64,000 nucleotides of DNA from the human T2T-CHM13v2.0 reference genome, Homo sapiens. The translations under genes and the position numbers were made by a program. Shown one piece after another: positions 1-15,520 of the stretch. The DNA is taken from the NCBI RefSeq assembly GCF_009914755.1, contig NC_060933.1; one strand, given 5' to 3'. Positions within the stretch are counted from its first letter, which is position 1; each line of letters starts with the position of its first letter. The notes below the pieces were generated by a model. That model had not been told where the DNA came from, searched no databases, and saw only the letters and a list, made by a program, of their open reading frames with translations.

Positions 1-81
1 TCTCTATCTCCTGACCTTGTGATCCGCCCGCCTCGGCCTCCCAAAGTGCTAGGATTACAGGTGTGAACACCGAGCCCGACC
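1..81 (-). mobile_element. Alu, 5' end (cut by window edge)
   Basis: Antisense left-arm sequence: gatccgcccgcctcggcctcccaaagtgct...attacagg. Confidence 0.95.
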
Positions 82-2676
82 AAGGTACGGCCTTTTTAAA
101 GCCCCCTCCCCTGCTTCATACCCAGCAATGCGCCTGCTTTAAGGGTGTCCTTGTTTTTGACAAACTCACAATCTCCGCCTCCACAGGTTTCGGGCGCCCC
201 TGGTGGTTGCACTTTGCCAGTAGCTTATGGCAACCCACCAGGTTTGCTGATGCTGGACTGGCATTTACCTGTCAAAGTAATTTAAACCATAAGATTTATT
301 CCCAAATAGGGGGGGAAACAGATAAAATGGGAGAAGGGCATGGTTGTGGGTTTGGACTAATCAGAACAAGATTCTAAATTTTTATAAAGAGAGGAGATGG
401 TACTGCAGGAAAGCCCTGTGAGTCTCCCCTGCAAAATACCCACCTAGACCTGTTTTTGTTGGTGGTTGTGTGTATGCCTTCTGAAACAGTGTGTGTCCAC
501 AGCCAAACATGTGCTGGGATGCAGGAGATGCTTAGGCCACCTTGATCAGTGATGTCTGAGGCTTCCCCAGGCTGGTTAATTCACAGCCTCCCTCCTTTAT
601 GCTCCCCCAGATTCTCTTTCATTTAGATTGTGTTGACTCAGCTCAGGGGATGAATATATGTATTTGCCAACATTATTGAGTTTGCTAATTAAAAAGCACT
701 GAAAAAAAACTTACTTTCCCTCTGCGTTTGGTGACTTTTACCCCTAGAACTCTTCTTCTTAGGAAGCCTATGACAATGAAGATACTATAAAAACAAGGGT
801 CTTTCCAATTCCCTTCTGCTGTGTCGTGGAGCGAACACTCAACCTGGAGTCTAACGTTCTTAATTTCTGTCCCAGATCTTTACTGGCTGGGTCTCTGCAC
901 ACTTCTCAGTCTCCTAGAGTCTTCAGGTTACTCAATCAAAAAATGTTCTAAACTAGTTGTTATAAGAGTGCTGAACACATTGGCTGGTTCACCCACACAA
1001 TAGATTTGCCTGACAACTGTTCACTAAACTGTATATCTTAGTGCAGTATGTGGATTTAACTGGTGGTGTTGCTGATGTGTCAAAATTTTGAGCACGTTCC
1101 AGCTTTTCATTGTTGTTATTTTCCATCTTCCATTACTTTGAAGGGAACATGTTACAGGACACAAAGAAATACTAAACTTGCAAAGCATATGAATAATAGC
1201 AAATGTGATTATTATTTATTTACTTATAAAAAGATGATAGATTACTTCATGTTCTGCTTAAAGCTACTTTTTGCATTTGGACCATTTTGAGTAGCCCATA
1301 TTCTGCCAAAAATTATAATTATAAAATTAGTGAATCACGCAGAAAACATTGGAACTAAATTATTGACACGGCTTTGGAAAGGTGATATCCAATCTTATAT
1401 GCAAATTCCAGTTGTCTTCCATTACTCTTGGGATCTTTCAGCAGATTTTTGCCATCTGTGTAGAAGCTGTTATTGAATTTTCTTGCTGAGATTATATAAT
1501 TTCTATTCAGAGAATTAAATTCCCCATTACACTGTATTTTGTTTCTCTACAATATAAATGGAAAATTATGTAACAGGGAATTTATACATTTGTTTTGCAC
1601 CTGTGGTATTTAAAATGTGGCAGGCATTTAGAGCTGTCATAAAGACCCAGGCCGAAAATGCTTTATTGCATATGATTATCCTTCTCTTACTACTTTTGAA
1701 AAGGAATGAAATACAGCCATTTTAATATTCATGTGTTCCATCCAAACAGAGGACTGAATAATAAAAGTGGATAACTTATATTTGCTTCCATTACAAATAG
1801 TTTTATCTTGCCATCTTCAGTCATTGTTTTCGGCTTGCATTGTGATACTATGAAGTGGATCAGAAAATATACTTCCTGAGTGCTACTTGTTAAACAAGTG
1901 TATGAAATGTGCTTGACCCTGCTCTGTGCAGTAGAGCATTTCAGACTAATCACAAACTACTGAGTGGAGTCAAAGCAGCAGCTCAGACTGCTTTCTCTGC
2001 AAAAACTGGAGATAAAGTGTTGGTTAGAATATAACGTTTAGCTTCTCATGTTGTAACTAATGGTAGGCCTGGTGGAGTGGTTAAAATATAATGAATCCAG
2101 TACCAATGGATTCCAGAAGTATTTGATACCCATCTAATATAACGCTGCTCAAAACATTTTGATGGGTCTCTAGGGTCTAATGAATAAACTTCCAACCTTA
2201 GTCTGGTCCTTGTTATCCGACTTATGCTGTTTCTTTCTTTCTTTTTTTTTTTTTTCAGAGAGTTCTCCCAGTCTCCTGGATCACACTGGTCTGAAAGCTG
2301 TTTGGTAGACAACCTTCGAGTCTTTCTGCCTTCATACTGTGGGTATACCGTTCTCCCAACTGAAAACCCGTTTATTTTCTTATCTGTCTACTCAAAGCCT
2401 AACCAACACCAAATGGCCTAGAAATGCCACGTACCTACCAGTTGCCTCTTTCCTCCTCCAGCCCTTGTGAATGTGAATTCACATCTCTGTTCTCTGTGTT
2501 CCTTGGCCACTTAGTACCATTCACAATATCTCTCATAGCTAGCTCTCTGCCTTAGGGCTGGCCCATGGGACTAAAATTCCTTGTGGTAGGTATTTTTTTT
2601 TCATATTTCTATTCTTATAGCATCTAGCATAGAACAAACAGCCTAGTATCTAGTGGGTATCCAATAACAACTTATG

Positions 2677-2912
2677 CAGGTGATTAGGCAAGAAAAAGGA
2701 ATAAAGCCTATTCAAATTGGAAAGGTGGAAGTCAAATTGTCCCTATTTGCTGGCAACATAATCTTATATATAGAAGAACTTAAACACTCTGCCAAAAATC
2801 CATTAGATGTGATAAACAATTCAGTAAGGTTGTATTGTATGTATCAAAACATCCCTATGTAACCCATAGAGATGTATAATTATTTTATGTTGATCAAAAA
2901 TAAAATAATAAA
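2677..2912 (+). mobile_element. Old L1 fragment: ORF2 RT segment joined to an L1M-type 3' terminus
   Basis: Translates [31 protein letters not shown] (cf. [13 protein letters not shown]), followed by a 3' UTR terminal motif and A-rich tail. Confidence 0.8.
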
Positions 2913-3039
2913 AGCTCTTAATAAAACAGTCATCTCTTTCAGAATTCATGGTTACCATTGCCTCTAGTATTATTTGTCAATTAAAAAATAAAATTTAAAA
3001 AGAATTTAAAGAGTTGAATGCAGTTTAAAAATGCATGCA

Positions 3040-3467
<428 letters not shown>

Positions 3468-3694
3468 CTATATTTTTACTATATACTCTGTAATTGAACA
3501 TTTCAGCTTATTTGGATTGTATTAAGCCACTTTATTATTTGAATGCTCACAATTTCCTTCTAATTTCAAACTTGTTTGTGGACCTGTAAAAAAATTCTTT
3601 TTTTAAATGCATCTGTTTAATGACACAGGACACTTTTCATTTATGCATGGTACACTGGTAGCCCAATCTGAAAGTACTATTTTCTACACTAAAC

Positions 3695-3987
3695 TTTTTT
3701 TTTTTTTGAGCCAGAGTCTTGCTCTGTTGCCAAGCTGGAGTGCAGTGGCGCAATCTCGGCTCACTGCAACCTCCACCTCCTTGGGTTCAAGAGATTCTTC
3801 TGCCACAGCCTCCCGAGTAGCTGGGACTACACACCTGCGCCACCACACCCAGCTAATTTTTGTAATTTTAGTAGAGACAGGGTTTCACCATGTTGGCCAG
3901 GATGGTCTCAATCTCTTGACCTCGTGACCTGCCCGCCTCAGCCTCCCAAAGTGCTAGGATTACAGGCGTGAGCCACTGCGCCTGGCC
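3695..3987 (-). mobile_element. AluS (Sc-like)
   Basis: Antisense full Alu with ggccaggatggtctcaatctcttgacctcgtga; TSD approximately taaact(a)tttt. Confidence 0.92.
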
Positions 3988-4402
3988 TAAACTATTTTTA
4001 AAAAGAAGTAACAGCATGCCTCTACTTATGTAAAAGCAAACATATGTTTTGACGGTGGTGAAGTTGGCTTCTGTTAACCCAACTTCTAAAGAACTAAATT
4101 GGCCAAAAGAGGAAAAAAAAAATGCTTATTTTATTAAATTTAAATTTAGTAAATGCTTATTTACTACATTGACTTGAGGATTTCAGACAAATAGCTTAGT
4201 TAGTGGTTAGATCAAGAGGCTTTATAGAAGAAAAGCTTAATGGTGCTTATTTATAAAATGAAAAAATTAGTAGTTCTTGGCCCTGCCTCATCTGTTTCTC
4301 AAATTTGTTGGTTATGAAAGATCTGACTGAAATCCACACCATCTGGCTTTTAGTGCTGGGATCCCAGCACAGGCCAGTTTAGCCATCTGCTTCTTTCTCT
4401 GA

Positions 4403-4730
<328 letters not shown>

Positions 4731-5236
4731 CAGAGCTGCATTTTCATACACCATTGAAATCAGTGAACCCTCACCGTGTGATGAGAATGCTGGATGAAAT
4801 TTTATGCTGAGTGAGGGAACAATCTGTTGAAAATAAAGGTTAGAAATGTGTAGTGTCCTATCGTGTCAGTGCCACAAAAAAGATGGGGAGTCCTGCCACA
4901 TGGTGGAATGGTGCCACATAAGTCAGAGCAGGAAGCGAGTGCAGAAGGACCCAAGTGACTGGAGAGATGATTGCAAATGCAACAGAAATTCTAGGGTTCA
5001 TCGGATGCTGTGGCTATGCTTAAGAAACCAGCCACTCAGCTAAGAAAACAACAGTGAGAAATAACACCGTTACAGTGGATTTATTTCTCTGCTTAAATGA
5101 CTGCCTTGCAGAAGAGCTGTGATCTTTTGATATTTTTTGGCAAACAGCATCAAAAACAAGATATATGGAATCAACCAACAGATCATGTATCACTGTGCTT
5201 GTACTGGTAAAACTCCGTGTACTTACTCCACGTCTA

Positions 5237-5690
5237 CCGTAGTAGATTGAGAGATGGTCATCCAAAGATCTCAGATTCTAATCCCTGGGACTGGGAAGTG
5301 TTCCCTTGTTTGGCAAAAGAGTCTTTGTAGACGTGATTAAGTTAGGGATCTTGGCATGAGGGGATGAACCTTCTTTATTCAGGTGGCCTTGAATTATGAT
5401 CACAAGTGTCCTTATAAAAGAGAGGCAAAGGGAGAAAGCACAGAAAGGAGAGGAGGAACTTAAGTGCCCATGGAGGCAGAGACCGCAGTAATGCAGCCAC
5501 AAGTTAGGGACGCCAACAGAAGATGGGAGGGGCAAAGAACCAGTCCACCCCCGTAGACTCCAGGAAAAGTGTGGTCTTGCCAACACATTGATTTTGGAAT
5601 TCTGGCCTCTAGAACTATGAAAGTATAAATTTCTGTTATTTTAAGCAGCCCAGCTGTGATACTTTGTTAAGCAGCCACAGGGACTAATAC
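5237..5690 (+). mobile_element. MaLR solo LTR (MLT1C/D-like)
   Basis: Motifs gtgattaagttagggatct, ttctggcctctagaactatga, terminal gcagccacagggactaatac. Confidence 0.8.
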
Positions 5691-6410
5691 CCCTACTATG
5701 TGCCACTCACTGTGCCAGTCCTGGGGAAGATTTAGGCTGGAAAAGCATGGCCTTTGCAGCATTTTTCCCCCACCAGTGCTGAGACAATATGTTGAAAAGA
5801 CTGGGAAAATGTTATAATGTATTCAAAATACCAGATGAGAGCTTTCTGTGTACCTGTCACTATGCTCAGCTCCAGAGATGGGATATGAACAAAATAGGCC
5901 CAATTCTCTTCCCTCTGTGCCGAACTTACTTTATGTTAAGTACAAAATAGGGCTTAATGCTATGAAAATGAAGAGGAGTGACAACATTGATGTCAACCAG
6001 GAGGATCAGGGCAGATTTTAAATATGATGTGGCTGCAGCAAGAGTGTGTGCGCATGGGAACAGGCATTCCAAACGAAGGAATCACTGCTAATACAGCTGC
6101 AAAGTCTGCAGTGCCTTTGGGAAGCCTTGACAAGATGAACGTGTCAGAGAGCAGGCATTCAGTCTTTAACACAGCCTTTCCACATCGGCCTATAAAATTG
6201 TATTATGATGTTTCTTCATTTGGAAAACTAGTTTTAAAGGTTGCATTTTGATGAGTTTGCAACATTCAATTTCATGGAATCCAAATCGCATGCCCTTTGG
6301 AAGAGGTGCCATATGTGAATGCACCCATAAAGTGCACGCATGCAGCGTTTGTTACGTGGTAGGATCTCATGCAATTTTAAATGACTCTCATGTTAAAAAA
6401 TGCTTCTATT

Positions 6411-6737
<327 letters not shown>

Positions 6738-8627
6738 TCATACTCTGGTGGTGGGCAGGTTTGCTACCTTAAATACGTCCTAGAAGCTGAATCCAAATAC
6801 TTTTTGAACAATTTTCTGACTTCCTTTAGAGAAATGTACTGTCAGAGTACTATGTATAATTTTTTAAATACAGCTACCCTGAAGACTTATAAAAGTCTGG
6901 TTGTTCAGGCAGTAATTTATTTACAAATTCATGAAAATGAAAACAGTTTATGCAAGCAACCAGCTCTGGGATGCCTCATCGTCCTTTGCAAAATTATCCA
7001 AATCATGATGAAATAGGCTTTATTTTTATGGATTAAACAGAGAAGAATGTCTAATGAATTGTCTAGAAATTGAAATACGCACCTTTTATGAATAGGGACA
7101 TTTCATAAGACCATTCTGTATTGTGAGTTAGGAATTCAGATCAGTTGAAGCATTAAAAAAATCAAACCTTCTGCAGCTCATTAAAGCATAAACCTAATTT
7201 TTAGAATTTATCCGACTAATATAGTAAGACCTCCACCTGCTTAGAATAATATTAATACTTGGCCTCATTTACCTCCAAGAGGGGGATAGGCCCCTGACCA
7301 ATCTTCCCATTTCACCGAGGACAGACACTTCCCTTGAATCAGGTGGAGGTTTTCCAGTCATATTTGCAACACTGTTTAATGCTCAATTGCCCTATTTCTT
7401 TCCTCTGTGAAGTGAATACAATAACTTAAATGAAGGTTGTTTGAAACTCCTACTATTGGGTAGGAGTTTGCAACCTGGTTACTATGATCAGAGCTATAAT
7501 TTTTTTGTTTATTATAATTAGGTTTTTTGCAAGACTAAAATTGTGCTTCTTTTAAAGTGCTGAAGAATTTCCAGGCTTGTCAGCACTAATACGTATTCTA
7601 ATTGCAAAAACAGACACGAATATCAACCCAGGTGCATAGACCTCATAGTGTCAATCAAATCTCATCAGAAACTACTTGTCTTGCAGGAGGAAGGGGATCC
7701 TAAAATCTTTTTTTTTTAAGGGAAATTTTTTATCAATTTGTATTCTTTATGTCCTTTCATATTGCCGTTTACCATAAATGAAAACCATGAGAGGAACTTT
7801 TAATAATAATACACATCTGATTATGCTTTTATGAATATACAGAACATTAAATTTCAAAAGGCTTTGCTTGAGTCCCAAATGCAATTTCTAAAACATTAAC
7901 TAGCCTACTCAGAATCAGGTAGAAATGGTGCAAATGAGCTCTTTTTATCACAGGCATTATTTCTTGAATAAACTCTTTTTTGTTTCCTAAACTTCAAAAA
8001 AACTGTAATTTTATTTTCAACATTCATGAAGGATAAGTCAAATTCTGTCAGTGAGTGAGTCCAACGGTTTCCATGAAAGGAGGATGTGGTCACTTTCATG
8101 AAGAAGCCAACTGAGGAAGGCTTTTTCTTGGTTCAATCATTTGATGTAATGATTCAGATGAAAGCACGTAAGTTAGCCTTTCTTTATACCTGCTTCATAA
8201 AGTTTGAGACTGCTAAATTACCAAGATAGGACAGTAACATAAGATTATCTTCTTCATAGCATACATCACTATTTAAAATTATTTTATATATTTACTTATC
8301 TGTTATTTTCTGTCTTGCCCACTAGGATATATTGTCCATGAGATCTTGTCCTGTGAAGTCTTTCCTGGCACATAGTAAGTGCTCAATAATTGTTGCATAA
8401 AGGTGAATAAACCAATAAATGAAAGAACTTTTGCACATATTTGTATGTTACTTGTAACACATTTTGTAATTTGTCTGTTAATACTGCCTTCTCCCTTTTC
8501 TCTGACATCTTTGCAAAGGAAGTTATCTAGGGCAAAATAAATTGCAATATAAACTGTCATTAATTTGCACTAAGTCCTGTAAAACCTGTTTGCTTTTTTG
8601 TGTTTGGTCCATCAGCCAGCAGATCTT

Positions 8628-8954
<327 letters not shown>

Positions 8955-9907
8955 CAGCCAGCAGATCTTAATGAAGAGAGCTAATTGCAGAGTTTTCTAA
9001 TAACAGGTTTTTACCGTATAGTCAGACTCAGCCCCTTTTCCATGTTACATTTTCTGCTGAATATCTACATTACTGCCTTTAATAGGCAGTGCAAAGCCTT
9101 AATGAGATGATTTATTTTGAAGTGAGTTTTAAAAATTCCTGGGTATTTAGACTCTGGCTTATTTTTTGCCACTTAATTGGTAGGAGTGAGTAGACAGGTA
9201 TTGCTAATGGTACTTTAAATGACTATCAGGATCTGAAGGATGAATTGTATTAATTATTCAAATTGGAAATATTTCTTTGAGATTTTAAAAATCATATTGA
9301 AAGTCAATGGTAGATTGAATCAATACGCAAATTTACTTTACATATTTTTCAGTTCAAGTCTAATAAATAATGTCCAACTCTTTTGGCATTGTGTACATTT
9401 ATAGAGACATGTCAATGTCTTCATGTCTTTTATTATTACTTATTAAAGTAAAGCTGATGGTGATATCAAAATGTCACCTATGTTTGTTTGTTTTTTTCTC
9501 TTGGTATACATTTGAAGCCTTTCTGGCCAACATCCCTCAATGTACCTATTTAACCTTCCAGGTATTGCTCAGTCAGTTACAAATATCTGGCCTTTCTTTT
9601 CAGGCTTTATATTCTAAAATACTTTTCTAGTGAGAAGCAAAAAAAAAAAAGAACAAAAAACCTCACTAATTCACTGTGGTATTTAGTTGGCATAGAACAA
9701 ACAACCAAATTACCTGGCATGTGGCAGCTGGTTTATAAAAATGTAAAGTAGGTACTAGACATCATTTGAAAGTTTAGGCACATATAAATTTTGTCTTTAG
9801 ATTATACAATATTTTTCCATAGGTATATGGTATATACTGAACTTATTCACATGATTTATTCCTTGCTATAATACTTTTCATCTAATTTGGCTAACTGGAG
9901 GAGGAGA

Positions 9908-10120
9908 GTGCCTACTGTGAATGCCTACTGTGTTCTGTGTTCTAGGCTAGAAACTTTGCATTCATTATTGAACACTCATATCAACTTTATGTGAAGGCAG
10001 CATTATTTACTGAAGAAATTAAGGCTCAGGGAATTTCAATTTCTCCATATTCCATACTGAGTAGTCAAGCTGGGATTGCTAGTCTGCTATTTGTCTGATT
10101 CTAAAGTCAGTGTTCTTTTT
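9908..10120 (-). mobile_element. MIR relic
   Basis: Degenerate MIR core (gaagaaattaaggctcaggga; agctgggatt...gtctgattctaaag). Confidence 0.65.
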
Positions 10121-10375
10121 TAACACAGTCAATTGGAAAAACTCTCATTAACACAGAGATTTTTCTCTCCATCTTTTAAAGTTTTTACTCCACCACTGCT
10201 CACTATGAACTTATTATATTGGAGTGGATGCAAAATAAAGTGCCAGAAATGACTTGTAGAACATGGTCTCCTTGCTTTCCTCCTTATAATGAATAAGTGA
10301 TGGGATTAAATGGATTCGGTACTTTTGGGCCCAGAGGAAGTATCTGGGAATTTGTTAAGAAATAAACAGAAAGTA

Positions 10376-13300
10376 GAGAGTGATGTCAGTAAAGTGATAG
10401 ACTAGGAAGCCCCAGGCTTCATTCACTCACAGATAAACTGACTTGACAACAATAAGCCTTTATGAGAACTCCAGAAAGTAGTTAAGAAATCATTGCACCT
10501 CAGGCAAGCTCAAAGCCAAGAACAGCCACATTATAATGAGTAAGAAAGGTTATTTTATTTCAACCTTAGTAGCTCCTCCAAGCTGGCACAACACAGCAAA
10601 ATTAGGAGAAAAAGGCCAGCTCATGCCTTTTCCTTTGAGAGGGAAAGAGAAGAGTAGAACATATGTTTAATGTTCTAGCTTTTCAGGGGGCTGCTCAGGG
10701 ACTGGTTTCCCTCTCACCTGGCTTGAAGCAGTGATGAGGAACCAGTATAGTATGGATGTCTTGGGACTGCTGAGAAGAAAAGGTTGCTCAGCAGTTTGAT
10801 GCGGCCCCAGAGAACCTTATCACCATGAAAGAGCTGGTACAGCTTGGAGTGACTGGGAGAAAATGCCCAGCTCATGACTACTCGTTTGGAAGAAAAAGAG
10901 AAGAGTGGAACATGCATCCAGCAATTCAGTGTATTTTTTTTTTTTTTTTTTTTTTTTTGGTCAGGGGGCTGCCCTACAAACAGAGTTCTGTCTTACCTGA
11001 CTTGGAGCATTGACAGAACCTGCATGCTTTGGATGCCTATGGTCACAGAAAACAATAGGGTATTCAGCAGCTTGCATATTACATCAGAGAATTTCTAGTA
11101 CTGCAGACAGACATCAGTGTCAGCAAGAGATTAGAAGCTCCTGAAAAAGAAACTGCAAATCTCTCTAACTGGGAAATCAGATACATAAGCTCAGAAAAGA
11201 TGTATCCCCAGAAAAGATTTTGGAGGACCCCAGAATCTCTAACCAGGCCGATTGGTGAAGCTCTTCCCTTGTATGAAGGCAGTTTATGAAGATTGGAAGA
11301 GGTGGCTGTATATTTAAATGCACACATCACAGCAAAAAATAACAAGACACATGGAAAAACATAGAAACATGACTCAATCAAAGGAATAAAATAAACTTCC
11401 AGAAAAAATAATCCTAAAAATGGATATCTGTGAATTACTTGACAAAGAATTCAAAATAATCACCTTAAAGAAGCTCAATGCATTACAAGAGAACACAGAA
11501 ATATAACTAAACAAAGAGGAAGGCTGGGCACGGTGGCTTACACCTGTAATCCCATCACTTTGGGAGACTGAAGTGGGTGGATCACCTGAGGTCAGGAGTT
11601 TGAGATCAGCCTGACCAACATGATGAAACCCCGTCTCTACTAAAAATACAAAAATTAGCTGGGCGTGGTGGCAGGTGCCTGTAGTCCTCGCTACTCAAGA
11701 GACTGAGGCAGGGAAATAGCTTGAACTCAGGAGGTGGAGGTTGGAGGTTGCAGTGAGCGAAGATCACGCCATTACATTCCAGCCTAGGCAACAAGAGCAA
11801 AACTCCATCTAAAAAAAAAAAAAAAACAAAAAAACAAAAAAACAGCCAGGCATGGTGGCTCACACGTGTAATCCCAGAACTTTGGGAGGCCGAGGCAGGT
11901 GGATCATGAGGTCAGGAGATCGAGACCATCCTGGCTAACATGGTGAAACCCTGTCTCTACTAAAAAATACAAAAATTAGCTGGACGTGGTGGCAGGCACC
12001 TGTAGTCCCAGCTACTCAGGAGGCTGAGGCAGGAGAATGGCGTGAACTCGGGAGGCGGAGTTTTCAGTGAGCCAAGATCATGCCACTGCATTCCAGCCTG
12101 GGCGACAGAGCCAGACTCCATCTCAAAATAACAAAAAACAAACAAACAAAAAGAACAAATGGAAAACAATGCACAAACTAATGTAGAATATCAACAGAGA
12201 CAGAAACCAGAATAAAGGCCAAACAGAAGTTATGGAGCTGAATAATGCAATAACAGAATTGAAATATTCACTATAAGCATTTAACAGCAGATGTGATCAA
12301 TCAGAAGAAGGAATCAGTGAACTCAAAGAAAGGTCATTTGAAGTTATTGAATTAGAGGATCAAATAGAAAAGAGAATGATGGAAAATAAAGAAAGTCTGT
12401 GGGATTTATGTGGTACCACTGAGTGGACCAATACAGGCATTATGAGAGTTCCAGAAGGAGAAGGGAGCAAGAAAGGGAAGAGAGTTTATTTGAAGAAATA
12501 ATGGCTTAAAACCACTCAACTGAGAAAGAAAATGGATATCCAAATTCAGGAATCACAAAAGACCCCAATTAAGTTGAACTCAGAGTCTCACACCAAGACA
12601 CACAATAACCAACTGGTCAAAAGCAAAAGTCAAAGAGAGATTCTTGAAAACATCAAGAGAAAACAGACTCATCATGTACAAGGGAGTTTCCATAAGATTA
12701 TCAGTGGATTTCTCACCAGAAACATTACAGGTCAGAAGGGAGTGGGATGATATATTCAAAGTATTGAAAGAAAAAAAAATCTTGCCTAGCAAAAATACTA
12801 CATCTTGTAAAACTATCCTTCAAAAATAAACAGACCTTCCCAAATAAACAAAAGCTGAGGGACTTCATCACCACTAGATTAGGCTTAGAAGAATAGCTAA
12901 AGGGAGTTTCAAAATGAAATGAAAAGATTAGCTAGCAACATGAAATCATATGAAAATATAAAGCTCTTTGCTGAAGGTAAATATTTAAGCAAACACAGAA
13001 TCCTCTAATACTATGATAGTGGTGCATAAATAATTTTTAATTCTAGTGTAGTTAAAAATATAAAAGCATGAAAATAACTAAACTATAAATCTATATACAT
13101 TGATACATAAAGTTAAAAATGTAATTGATAGCACCAAGAACATAAAGTGTGTGTAGGGTAACATGTAAAGAAGTAAAGTTTTGTGTGTGATTGAAGTTAA
13201 GTTCATAATTATAAGTTCATGTAAGTTCATCAAGTTCACTATAAGATGTTTAATGTAATCTCTATGGTAACTACAAATAAAATATCTTAAAAAGATGTAC

Positions 13301-14088
13301 AAAAATGAGATAGAAATACAAACATGTCACTGAAAAAAATCACAAGAGAAGACAGCAGGAGATTGTAAAATTTCTTTCCTATCAGTAATTACTTTAAATG
13401 TAATTGAATTAAACACTCCAATCAAAAGACACAGAATGGCTGAATGGATTGAAAAAGAAACAAGATCCAACCGTATGCTGTCTACAAAAGACTCACTTTA
13501 GCTCTAAGGACACACACAGAATGAATGTGAAAAAATGGAAATAGATATTCCATACAAATGGTAACCAAAAGAGAGCAGAGGTTGTGATGCTTATATCAGA
13601 TGAAATAGACTATAATTCTAAAACTTTTCACAAGGGACAAGGAAAAACAATACATGACATCAGGATCAATAAAATAAGATACAATTATAAATATTCACCT
13701 AACATCAGAACACAGACATATATGAAGCAAACAATGGTAGAATTGAATAGACAGGAACACAATAATATTAGAAGATTTCAATACCTTATTTTCGATAATG
13801 AATATATCAACCAGACAGAGGATTAATATGAACACAGAGGACTTGAACAACACTATAGACCAATTAGACCTAACAGACACCTGCGGAACACTCCACACAA
13901 CAGCAGACCATACATTCTTCTCAAGTGCACATAGAACATATTCCATGTCCATGGAACAAATTTAAGGATATTGAAATCAGACCAAGCAAGTATCTTTTCT
14001 GACAACAATGGAATGGAATGAAACTAGAAATAAACAGCAGAAGGAAAATCGAAAAATTCAAAATTAGGTGGAAATTAAACAACACACT
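10376..14088 (+). mobile_element. Old L1M-type LINE: 5' UTR, ORF1 and endonuclease part of ORF2; decayed, 3'-truncated, interrupted by two Alus
   Basis: ORF1 peptides (MDIQIQESQKTP; YKGVSIRLSVDFSPETLQVRREWDDIFKVLKEK), ORF2 start near 13380 (tcagtaattactttaaatgtaa), L1M-like 5' start gagtgatgtcag. Confidence 0.88.
11522..12151 (+). mobile_element. Two tandem Alus: AluSp/Sq-like (11522-11843) and an AluY (11844-12151) in its A tail
   Basis: Two complete dimeric Alus head to tail inside L1 ORF1. Confidence 0.93.
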
Positions 14089-14148
14089 CTTTTTTTTTGA
14101 GACAAAGTCTCGCTCTGTCACCCAGGCTGGAGTGCAGTGGCGCAATCT
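14089..14148 (-). mobile_element. Alu 3' fragment (about 60 bp)
   Basis: ttttttttgagacaaagtctcgctctgtcacccaggctggagtgcagtggcgcaatctc, then Alu similarity ends. Confidence 0.88.
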
Positions 14149-14321
14149 CTGTAGACGTGATAGGTAGGAGCGGATATCACTTAGTCCAAGTCCTCTGGTC
14201 TCCAGGTAGGCAAGGTCCTTTGCAGATGCCCTGGTGTTAGCGGTGGTTCCCAGTCTCGGCAATGCATTAGTAACACCTGGGCTGCCTTTATAACGGCCAA
14301 CCTATTATCCCCAGTGATTGA

Positions 14322-14646
<325 letters not shown>

Positions 14647-15077
14647 ACCCCTACATTTTTTTAAAGCAGCCAAGGGAAATATTATATACCAAGGCTAAGG
14701 ACCACTGAGCTGAAGTACTAAGTTTTCAGATGAGGAAACCCCAATCTCCTTTCTCACTCATGTGGGTTTACGGTATTAACTACATTTTAAATGTCAGAAG
14801 TTTAAAAAGCACAAAATAAATGTTACGAATAGAGTTAAAATAGGGCAGCAGTGATTCTGATTTGTGTTATATATATTGCAAGGTTTCACATCTTAAAAAT
14901 GTGAACTTTAGTGGATGATTCAAAGCACATGTATTATTCTGTGTAAAGAACACTGTGTGTATTAACTCATCTTCAGTGGGTATTAACTTTGTGCTTTTTT
15001 AAAAATGAGGATTTAAAAAACAAAACATTAATGTTCTCTTGCTCATTTTCTGAGTCATGGGAGTAGACGGTATATCA

Positions 15078-15520
15078 TATACTAGTCAGGTTTGCCCAGA
15101 AAATAGAAAGCATTCTAAATATTTCAAGCAGAAAGGGATTATATTCGTGGTTATGTGTTTATTGATAGGACTGGAGTGGGAAAGCTAGGGAAGGCTGCCA
15201 CTCTTGTTCAGGGTGGCCACTGTTACTGTGGTCCAAGAAGCTGCTGCTGCTGCCCAGGAGAGAATATTGCAGGGAATCACAGTGGACTCCAGCTACCTTG
15301 CATCAGAACTGCGGAGACAGGCGACACAGGCAATACCCAGAGGCTGCTGAAGACAGCAATTCTGTTCATTGCTGTGGGAGGAGGGAGAATAGTGTTGTGT
15401 GTGCTTTTACATCTCAGGCAAGTCTACCTCGTTGACATCGAGAGATGTCAGGTTGCACTGAGAACCCTAGAGGAAGGGAACTCTGGGAAAGGCAGGCACC
15501 GGCTCTCTAGACTGTATGAC
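15078..15520. mobile_element. Probable old ERVL/MaLR-type LTR relic
   Basis: Begins tactagtcaggtttgcccagaaaatagaa and has gaagggaactctgggaaa near the far end; heavily diverged. Confidence 0.4.

Noticed and set aside
190-210. CTCF-like motif (also ccgccaggtgggag at about 44554)
   Set aside because: Each deviates from the core consensus at a key position; not supportable without binding data.
4120-4167. AT-rich quasi-palindromes and a repeated aaatgcttattt
   Set aside because: Very low complexity and imperfect; plausible by chance or simple slippage.
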